Of a stretch of 64,000 nucleotides of DNA, positions 56,948-64,000 are shown one piece after another. The notes under the pieces were generated by a model that made no database searches, was not told where the DNA came from, and saw only the letters and a program-made list of their open reading frames with translations. The first letter of the stretch is position 1. Each line of letters starts with the position of its first letter. Position numbers and translations under genes: made by a program. Source of the DNA: an uncultured Candidatus Saccharibacteria bacterium (GTDB lineage: Bacteria; Patescibacteriota; Minisyncoccia; Phycocordibacterales; UBA9973); assembly GCA_964553015.1 (NCBI GenBank), contig CAZKJE010000002.1, forward strand, positions 14,175 to 78,174. Direction: 5' to 3'.

Positions 56948-59900
56948 ATGCAGAAGCATGAAAACAATAACTCCAAATCAGAAGCAGCTTTGCGCGAAGA
57001 GCGAGTTTTGGAATTTTGGAAAGAAAATAAGATATTTAAAAAGTCGCTGGAGAAAAAATCCCCAAAGGGAGAATTTGTGTTTTATGATGGTCCAGTTACG
57101 GCAAACTCAAAGCCAGTTTTGCATACAATGCTACCTTTTTCTTTCAAAGATGTTATTCCCAGATATAAAACTATGCGCGGATATCATGTACGAAGGAAAG
57201 GCGGTTGGGATACGCATGGGCTTCCGGTAGAACTGCAAATAGAAAAAAAACTTGGGTTCAATTCAAAAGCAGATATTGAAAATTATGGTATTGCAGCTTT
57301 CAATAAATTATGTAAGGACAGTGTTTGGGAGTACGTTGGGGCATGGAAAAGTTTTACCGAACGAATGGGCTACTGGGCAGATCAAGATAATGCATATGTC
57401 ACATATTATAATAATTATATTGAATCTGTTTGGAATATAGTAAAAAAAATAAATGAGCAGAATCTGCTTTATAAAGATTACAAAGTGGTGCCGTGGTGCC
57501 CGAGGTGCGGTACAGCACTGTCTTCGCATGAGCTCGCACAGGGATACGAAGATGTAAAAGATCTGTCAGTGTATGTAAAGTTTAAGATAACTACGCCAGT
57601 GCAGGAAAATTCTGCCGCTTTACCCGCAAGCGGGCTCCGACACGGACAAAATTTTCCCGCATTGGCTCCGCAGTATATCCTCGCCTGGACGACGACGCCG
57701 TGGACCCTGCCCGGGAACGTTGCCTTAGCCGTCGGCGAAAATATTGATTATGTAAAGGTAAAGAGTGGAGAAGAGTTTTATATTCTCGCCAAAGAGAAGC
57801 TTTCAATCATAACCGAACCATATGAGATAGTGGAAGAGGTCAAGGGCGCGGGGCTAGTAGGGCTCGAATACGAGCCGTTGTATCCATATCTTGCAAATAC
57901 GGTTTCGGATACAGAAAAACCAAAATTAGAAAAGGCATACAAGGTGCACAAGGCAAACTTTGTGACCACAGATGACGGCACCGGCGTGGTGCATACGGCT
58001 GTGATGTATGGGCAAGATGACTTTATGCTCGGAACAGAAGTCGGCCTGCCGAAGCACCACCTCGTAGGTCTCGATGGCAAATTTTTAGCAGGCACAGGTA
58101 TTTTTGAAGGACGATTTGTAAAAGATGAAGAAGTCGCCGTAGATATCATTAAAGACTTGGCGCACCGCGGGCTTCTTTTCAAAAAAGAAAAATACGAGCA
58201 CTCGTATCCGCACTGCTGGCGCTGTAAAACTCCGCTCATATATTACGCGCGGGATTCTTGGTATATCCGGATGTCTGATCCTAGAATAAAAGCCGAAATG
58301 ATAAAGGAGAATAAAGAAATAAACTGGGAGCCGGAGCATATTCGCGACGGGCGGTTTGGGCAGTGGCTGGAAGAAATAAAAGACTGGGCAATATCCCGCG
58401 AACGGTACTGGGGCACGCCGCTGCCGGTCTGGGCCTGCGAAGCGTGTAAAAAAATTGAAGTAGTAGGAAGCGTAGAAGATCTAAAAAGTAGAACCAAAAA
58501 GTCTGGCAATAAATATTTTGTGATGCGGCACGGCGAGGCTGTCGATAACGCCAAGCATTTGGGTGATCCGAAAGGCGATCCAAATAATCACCTGACTGAT
58601 AAAGGGAAAAAAGAAATAATTCTTACCGCAGAAGAATTAAAAAATAAAAAAATTGATTTTATCTTTACGTCTTCTTTTCTGCGAACCAAAGAAACAGCAG
58701 AGGTCTTGAGAAAAGAACTAGGTTTGGAGCAAGAAAAAGTAATAGTTGAAGATAGATTGCATGAACACAATGAGGGAGACACTAAGCTCGTTCGCAAAAG
58801 GATGGCCGACTTTATTTATGAAATAGAAAAAAATTACGAAAATAAAAATATCTTAATAATTTCGCACGGAAATCCTATCTGGATCCTGCAGAAAACCGCT
58901 TTGGGCTTGTCTATAAATAATTTTACAGAAGGCGAGATGCTGCATACCGGCGAAGTCAAAGAATTAGATTTTATACCGCTACCGCATAATGAAAATTATG
59001 AGCTTGATCTGCACAAGCCTTATATAGATGAAATAAATCTTGTTTGTTCATGTGGTGGAAAATTAACACGCACGAAAGAAGTCATGGACGTGTGGTTTGA
59101 TTCGGGAGGCATGTCTTTTGCGCAGGATCATTACCCTTTCGATAACGCTTCCGGTAAATCTTTTGACGGCAAAGAACTTTTATATCCGGCGGATTTTATT
59201 TCAGAGGGCATAGATCAGACGCGCGGATGGTTTTACACCTTGCATGCTGTTGGAATTCTCTTGGGGCGGGGCAAGGCTTACAAAAACGTAATCTGCCTTG
59301 GCCATCTTCTCGACGCTAAGGGCAAAAAAATGTCCAAATCTCTCGGCAACGTCGTCGAGCCGTTTCTTGCGATGGATACATATGGCGTGGATACTTTGCG
59401 TTTGTGGATGTATTCCATAAATCAGCCGGGCGAATCCAAGAATTTTGATGAGAAAACAGTAGCGCTTCTTTCTCAGCAGATTTTTGGCTTGCTTTACAAT
59501 GTGCTTGCGTTTTATGAACTTTATCGCGATGTTTCGCTAGAGCCTAGAGCCTATGGCCTAAAGCCCAGCAATATTTTAGATAAATGGATCTTGGCGCGTC
59601 TAGATGAGTTGACAGAGCTTGCAACCAAAAATTTAGATAACTACAAATTGCTGGAGCCAGTGCGGGGCATGAGAGACTTTATCGGCGATCTTTCTACTTG
59701 GTATTTGCGCCGTTCGCGCGACAGGATAAAATCCTCCTCCGCACAAGGCTCCGGTGGAACAAGGGAAGGAGATGAAGCGAAGGAAACTCTGTACTATGTG
59801 CTAAAAACCTTGGCAAAACTCATGGCTCCGCTCGCGCCGTTTGCCGCTGAAGACATCTGGCTTAAGTTAAAAAATGAAGATGATGAAGAAAGCGTGCATT

Positions 59901-60448
59901 TGGCGAGCTGGCCGGAAGTAAAAAAGACATCTTTTATCTCCAAGTTGCTTAAAAATGATCCAAGCAAAAAAATAATTGAAAATATGGAGAGCGTCAGAAG
60001 AGTAGTCACACTCGGACTCGAAGCTCGACAGAAAACCGGAATAAAAGTCCGCCAGCCTCTTAATCAATTACGAATTAAAAATTACGAATTAGGAATTGAG
60101 TATGCAGACTTGATTAGAGAAGAGCTGAATGTCAGAGAAGTTATTTTTGATAATTCTATTGAAGGCGAGGTGTGGCTCGATATAAGAATAAACGAAGAGC
60201 TCAAAGCTGAAGGGGATTACAGGGAGTTTGTCCGCGCGCTGCAGGATATGAGAAAGAAAACCGGACTGACGCCGAGCGACGTGGTCTCTGTTACTTTTGA
60301 AACAAACAAAGCAGGCAAGGAACTTATTAAAAAATTCGAAGCTGAAATGAAAAAAACAGTGCTTGTCTCTACGATAGAATTTTCGGAAAATGAAGGAGAA
60401 AAAATAAAAATCGACAATCTTCACTTCAGGATAAAAATTGATAAATAA
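56948..60448 (+). CDS. ileS: Isoleucyl-tRNA synthetase, type 2 (eukaryote-like), with an inserted histidine-phosphatase domain
   Basis: GWDTHGLPVE, CP1 editing motifs (TTTPWTLPGN, GTGVVHTA), CWRC zinc knuckle, KMSKS; ~170-aa insert with RHGE...SSFLRTKET...ISHGNP motifs. Confidence 0.9.
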   Translation: MQKHENNNSKSEAALREERVLEFWKENKIFKKSLEKKSPKGEFVFYDGPVTANSKPVLHTMLPFSFKDVIPRYKTMRGYHVRRKGGWDTHGLPVELQIEKKLGFNSKADIENYGIAAFNKLCKDSVWEYVGAWKSFTERMGYWADQDNAYVTYYNNYIESVWNIVKKINEQNLLYKDYKVVPWCPRCGTALSSHELAQGYEDVKDLSVYVKFKITTPVQENSAALPASGLRHGQNFPALAPQYILAWTTTPWTLPGNVALAVGENIDYVKVKSGEEFYILAKEKLSIITEPYEIVEEVKGAGLVGLEYEPLYPYLANTVSDTEKPKLEKAYKVHKANFVTTDDGTGVVHTAVMYGQDDFMLGTEVGLPKHHLVGLDGKFLAGTGIFEGRFVKDEEVAVDIIKDLAHRGLLFKKEKYEHSYPHCWRCKTPLIYYARDSWYIRMSDPRIKAEMIKENKEINWEPEHIRDGRFGQWLEEIKDWAISRERYWGTPLPVWACEACKKIEVVGSVEDLKSRTKKSGNKYFVMRHGEAVDNAKHLGDPKGDPNNHLTDKGKKEIILTAEELKNKKIDFIFTSSFLRTKETAEVLRKELGLEQEKVIVEDRLHEHNEGDTKLVRKRMADFIYEIEKNYENKNILIISHGNPIWILQKTALGLSINNFTEGEMLHTGEVKELDFIPLPHNENYELDLHKPYIDEINLVCSCGGKLTRTKEVMDVWFDSGGMSFAQDHYPFDNASGKSFDGKELLYPADFISEGIDQTRGWFYTLHAVGILLGRGKAYKNVICLGHLLDAKGKKMSKSLGNVVEPFLAMDTYGVDTLRLWMYSINQPGESKNFDEKTVALLSQQIFGLLYNVLAFYELYRDVSLEPRAYGLKPSNILDKWILARLDELTELATKNLDNYKLLEPVRGMRDFIGDLSTWYLRRSRDRIKSSSAQGSGGTREGDEAKETLYYVLKTLAKLMAPLAPFAAEDIWLKLKNEDDEESVHLASWPEVKKTSFISKLLKNDPSKKIIENMESVRRVVTLGLEARQKTGIKVRQPLNQLRIKNYELGIEYADLIREELNVREVIFDNSIEGEVWLDIRINEELKAEGDYREFVRALQDMRKKTGLTPSDVVSVTFETNKAGKELIKKFEAEMKKTVLVSTIEFSENEGEKIKIDNLHFRIKIDK

Positions 60449-60452
60449 AAAT

Positions 60453-61055
60453 ATGAAGCTCGTTATTTTTGATTTTGATGGGGTGCTGGTTGATACGCTC
60501 ATAATGCATTATGAGATCAGTAAAAAAATCAATAAAAATATGTCTCTTGACATGTTTCGTTCCATTTTTAGTGGGAATATCTACGATTCATTAAAAAATA
60601 ATCCTGCCATAAAACAACATCCTCAGTTTTTCGAGCAATATGAAGACAAATCACGAGAGCTCAAAGTGCCTCAATCGTTGAAGGGTTTGATAGGTAAATT
60701 AAGCAAAGAACATACCCTTGCGATTGTTTCATCAACTCCATCTGCGCTCATTAGAAAAATTCTAAAACAAGAAGCTGTTTTAAATTATTTTTCTGATGTA
60801 CTTGGGGCAGATGTTAATACAAGTAAAGTTATTAAAATAAGAATGCTTTTGGGAAAATATAAAATTAAACAAGAAGATGCAGTTTTTATTACAGATACCA
60901 CAGGGGACATTTTTGAGGCCCTAGAATGCGGAGTAAAAGCCATAGCTGTCACATGGGGTTTTCACGAAGAAAAAACATTAGAAAAATCAAATCCAGCGAA
61001 AATTGTTAGGAGCCCCGAAGAATTATTTGAAGCTGTGAAGCAAATTTTGTGTTAA
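60453..61055 (+). CDS. HAD-superfamily hydrolase
   Basis: MKLVIFDFDGVLVDT motif I. Confidence 0.8.
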   Translation: MKLVIFDFDGVLVDTLIMHYEISKKINKNMSLDMFRSIFSGNIYDSLKNNPAIKQHPQFFEQYEDKSRELKVPQSLKGLIGKLSKEHTLAIVSSTPSALIRKILKQEAVLNYFSDVLGADVNTSKVIKIRMLLGKYKIKQEDAVFITDTTGDIFEALECGVKAIAVTWGFHEEKTLEKSNPAKIVRSPEELFEAVKQILC

Positions 61056-61064
61056 AATAGAAGG

Positions 61065-61703
61065 ATGAAGATAACAAAGCTGGGGCACTCTTGTTTTATC
61101 GCAGAGCCAAAACAGGGAGTGCGAGTGATGACAGATCCTGGGGCATTTTCGCCTTTGGCAACAGAAATAAAAAATATTTCTGCAATTTTAATTACCCATG
61201 AACATTCGGATCATCTGCATATTGAAACCTTAAAAAAAGTTTTAGATAACAATCCTGATGCAGTCGTTATAACAAATACTGAAGTAGGCAAACACCTTGA
61301 AGAAGCCGGAATCAAGTATATAAAAATTGAAAACGGTCAAAAATATGATTTAAACGGAGTAATTATCGTCGGTTTTGGAAATACTCATGCCGAAATTTAT
61401 CCAACAATTGGTCCGTTTCAAAATACTGGATATATAATTGAGGGCCTCTGTTATCCGGGAGACGCCCTAGAGAACCCTGATTCAAAAGTAAACATAATAG
61501 CTCTTCCTATTATTGGACCATGGATGAGACTAAGAGACGCGATTGATTACGCAAAAGCATTAAAACCAAAAGCCGTATTTCCAATTCATGATGCAATACT
61601 GCAGAACTGGGCGACTTTCGTGTCGGCTACTTCAGAGAAATTACTAAAAGAAGCTGGTATAGAATTTAAAAAATTGGAACTAGGTAAGGAAGAAGACCTG
61701 TAA
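61065..61703 (+). CDS. MBL-fold metallo-hydrolase
   Basis: THEHSDH metal-binding motif. Confidence 0.75.
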   Translation: MKITKLGHSCFIAEPKQGVRVMTDPGAFSPLATEIKNISAILITHEHSDHLHIETLKKVLDNNPDAVVITNTEVGKHLEEAGIKYIKIENGQKYDLNGVIIVGFGNTHAEIYPTIGPFQNTGYIIEGLCYPGDALENPDSKVNIIALPIIGPWMRLRDAIDYAKALKPKAVFPIHDAILQNWATFVSATSEKLLKEAGIEFKKLELGKEEDL

Positions 61704-61712
61704 AAATCAGAA

Positions 61713-62294
61713 ATGCACCACATTTATCATACTGAAGGCATAATATTGGGCAGTAGAGGCTACGGCGAAACGGGGAAGTACTATTCTATTTTTACTAAAG
61801 ATTTAGGCATGATATACGCGTGCGCACAAGGCGTGCGCAAGATGTCTTCCAAGCTGCGTTTTATTCTGCAGGATTTTGCTTATCTAAAAATTGATCTGGT
61901 GCAGGGGAAGGATTTTTGGCGGGTGACCAGCGCTTCTAAAACTAATATACTTGAAAATGTTTCTAAAAATTCTTCAACCCTAAAGGTATTTTTCAACATC
62001 GCAAGCCTGCTCAAAAGACTGCTCGCCGGCGTAGAGCCAAATCCCGCTTTATTTTCTGATTTAATCAATGGTCTTGCAGTGTTGGAAAAAATAGAAAAGG
62101 AAGCGGACTTGCGAAATGTTGAAGCAGTCATGGTCTTGCGAATTCTTAACAACTTGGGGTATATAGGCGGAGATAAAATTCTGGAAAATCTTATCACGTC
62201 TCCTTTTGAGCAAGAGCTTATATATGAAGCCTCAAAGCAGAGGCGCGATGTTCTCAAAGAAATCAATAAAGCGTTAAAAGAAACGCATTTGTAA
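61713..62294 (+). CDS. recO: DNA repair protein RecO (short form)
   Basis: N-terminal OB-fold pattern (EGIILGSRGYGETGK...ACAQGVRKMSSKL). Confidence 0.6.
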   Translation: MHHIYHTEGIILGSRGYGETGKYYSIFTKDLGMIYACAQGVRKMSSKLRFILQDFAYLKIDLVQGKDFWRVTSASKTNILENVSKNSSTLKVFFNIASLLKRLLAGVEPNPALFSDLINGLAVLEKIEKEADLRNVEAVMVLRILNNLGYIGGDKILENLITSPFEQELIYEASKQRRDVLKEINKALKETHL

Positions 62295-62298
62295 AATA

Positions 62299-62307
62299 TG
62301 CTATAAT
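62299..62307 (+). promoter_or_regulatory. Extended -10 element TGcTATAAT; the downstream ATG at 62314 implies a near-leaderless transcript
   Basis: Read directly 7 nt upstream of the ATG. Confidence 0.4.
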
Positions 62308-62313
62308 TGCTGA

Positions 62314-64000
62314 ATGCCCCTAGATGACAAAAACAAGCTCAACAGGCTTGAAGAATTAAAAAATAAGCTTTTCAGCAAGAATTATCAGACCAGAATAGAG
62401 CATCGAGACGGTTTTTCCCATACAAGCAGGAAAGAAGTCACGGATTCATGGGACACAGGAGAAAGCCCGGAGCCGGACTTTGAAAATAAATTTTTTATGA
62501 AAACGTCAATGTTCAAAAAGCTTTTTATTTTCTCGCTGACCTTTTTTGTTTTTACGTTATTCTATGCCACTTACGTTTTTTTTGCCGGTAATAACACAGT
62601 ATCAAATGACAACATTGAAATATCGATTCTCGGTAATAATTTTACCGCCGGCGGGGAAACGCTTGACCTTGTTGTCGGTATAACAAATAGAAATAGTTCA
62701 TCTCTAGACTTGGTAGATCTCGTAGTTGAATATCCGAGGGGCGGAGCGCTTGATCCGCTCACTGATACCGAGCGGCTTCGCCAGTCCCTCGGCACAATTC
62801 CGGCCGGCGCCGTCCGAAACGAAAACGTAAAATTAGTGCTGTTCGGAGAGCAGGGCAGTATAAGACCGATAAAAATAACTCTGGAATACAGGGTTTCCGG
62901 ATCAAACGCGATTTTCGTAAAAGAAAAACTTTATAACGTAAATATAAATTCTACCCCGATAAATCTTTCGATAGAAGCTCCGTCGTCCATAAGCCCGAAT
63001 CAGAATATAATATTGGATATAAAAGCATCGCTGAATGCTACCAAGCCCGCGGAAAAAATTTTGGTAAAGCTGGATTATCCTGTCGGATTTCAATTTATAA
63101 GCGCTACACCGGCGCCTTCTTATAGTAATAATATATGGAGTCTGGGAGACCTTGCTCCGGGAGCAGAGCATGGCATAACTATTACAGGCAAAATGATAGA
63201 TGTCTTTGACGGCGAGGAGAAAACTTTTAATGTCTCTAGCGGTTCACAATCCGCAATCAGTAAGTCTGTCATCGGCGTAGTTTTCAATTCCATAAGGCAT
63301 ACAGTGATGATAAAAAAACCTTTCATCGAAGCAAATTTATATGTGAACGGAGTTACGGGAAGGGAATATGCTGTTGATTCCAAGACTCCTTTAAATGTGG
63401 AAGTGCGCTATGCAAATAATCTTGATACAAGAATCGACGATCTTAAAATCAGAGCAAAAATCTCCGGCAATGCTTTTAATGAAAAAACGATAAACGTGCA
63501 GGGAGGTTATTATGATTCTTCCAAGGATACTATAACCTGGGACAAAACTTACCAGAACAGACTTAGAGAAGTGAATACCGGAGATTCTGACTCGGTATCT
63601 TTTTCAGTTTCTCCTCTTACTTTATTTTCTTCGGAGGGCGGATTGCTTTCAAACCCTCTAATAAATATTGAAGTAAGCGTGGAAGGCGATCAGTCAATTC
63701 AGGGCGTTGAATCCACCGAACTGACGAATTCCTCTTCGGTCTTGGTGAGAATTATTTCTGATGTTGGATTTTCCGCCAAAGCGCTTTATTTCTCAGGTCC
63801 TTTTACTAATTCCGGCCCAATCCCGCCGAAAGCCGAAGAGGAGACGACATATGCCATCGTATGGACACTTTCCAACACCTCAAACAGTATTTCAAACGCA
63901 GAAGTAAACTCTACTCTTCCGCCGTGGATGTCTTTCCTTGGCTCTATTTCTCCAGCAGGCGAAGTACTGACTTATAATTCTTCTACGAGATCAATACAAT
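62314..64000 (+). CDS. Membrane-anchored extracellular protein, hypothetical (3'-truncated by the window end)
   Basis: Open frame from ATG 62314 to the window end (>560 aa); TM helix LFIFSLTFFVFTLFYATYVFF; Asn/Ser/Thr-rich ectodomain. Confidence 0.5.
   Translation, partial: MPLDDKNKLNRLEELKNKLFSKNYQTRIEHRDGFSHTSRKEVTDSWDTGESPEPDFENKFFMKTSMFKKLFIFSLTFFVFTLFYATYVFFAGNNTVSNDNIEISILGNNFTAGGETLDLVVGITNRNSSSLDLVDLVVEYPRGGALDPLTDTERLRQSLGTIPAGAVRNENVKLVLFGEQGSIRPIKITLEYRVSGSNAIFVKEKLYNVNINSTPINLSIEAPSSISPNQNIILDIKASLNATKPAEKILVKLDYPVGFQFISATPAPSYSNNIWSLGDLAPGAEHGITITGKMIDVFDGEEKTFNVSSGSQSAISKSVIGVVFNSIRHTVMIKKPFIEANLYVNGVTGREYAVDSKTPLNVEVRYANNLDTRIDDLKIRAKISGNAFNEKTINVQGGYYDSSKDTITWDKTYQNRLREVNTGDSDSVSFSVSPLTLFSSEGGLLSNPLINIEVSVEGDQSIQGVESTELTNSSSVLVRIISDVGFSAKALYFSGPFTNSGPIPPKAEEETTYAIVWTLSNTSNSISNAEVNSTLPPWMSFLGSISPAGEVLTYNSSTRSIQ

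Noticed and set aside
56686-57230. ORFs 56686-56868 and 56736-57230 in the ileS leader
   Set aside because: Highly basic, Pro/Arg-rich, and they cross an intrinsic terminator; interpreted as noncoding structured RNA.
1-64000. CRISPR arrays, rRNA genes, transposase/integrase genes
   Set aside because: No regularly spaced direct repeats, no rRNA-like conserved blocks, and no ORF with DDE or tyrosine-recombinase motifs was seen. The only mobile-element-like signals are the HTH/LAGLIDADG-like ORF at the tRNA and the GC-rich mini-repeats.

Overview
This 64-kb window looks like an AT-rich, gene-dense piece of a small bacterial chromosome. Several traits suggest a CPR/Patescibacteria-type organism: a short trigger factor, split ComEC, a eukaryote-like IleRS, a tRNA-Ile with anticodon UAU, B12-dependent class II RNR, and a type IV pilus locus without outer-membrane parts. 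That placement is inference from gene content only.

Gene content, in order:
- **DNA repair and SOS:** dksA-like, comM/yifB, a LexA-box promoter driving a small ORF plus lexA, hup, rny, clpP.
- **Pyrimidine operon:** pyrC-carA-carB-pyrB.
- **Housekeeping:** tig, an H+-pyrophosphatase, nusA, a GNAT.
- **Compositional island (~18.95-22.7 kb):** visibly higher GC, encoding two secreted proteins. One is a 936-aa Thr/Ser-rich FN3-repeat surface protein.
- **Type IV pilus and competence:** pilB-pilC, three pseudopilins and a PilX-like protein directly downstream of the island; a separate major pilin at 49.97 kb; split comEC.
- **Further housekeeping:** tpiA-pgk, HIT, recJ, rnhA, glyA, NUDIX, CYTH, infC-rpmI-rplT.
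- **tmRNA system:** smpB with an adjacent tmRNA (ssrA), found by hand from acceptor and T-arm pairing.
- **ftsH to recO:** ftsH behind a long structured leader; an HTH ORF overlapping tRNA-Ile(UAU); nrdJ with a PduO-type adenosyltransferase; recG, tmk, dut, argS; a secreted alpha/beta-hydrolase; ileS; HAD; MBL; recO; and a 3'-truncated membrane protein.

Observations most worth follow-up:
1. ileS carries an in-frame ~170-aa SixA/PGM-like histidine-phosphatase domain, has a non-canonical HIGH region, and sits behind a GC-rich terminated leader.
2. A family of short GC-rich palindromic repeats appears both intergenically and in-frame inside comM, carB, tig and recG.
3. The high-GC adhesin island abuts the pilus locus.
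4. The tRNA-Ile(UAU) overlaps an HTH ORF with a LAGLIDADG-like motif.
5. A Cheo-type LexA box sits in the promoter of a small-ORF + lexA operon.
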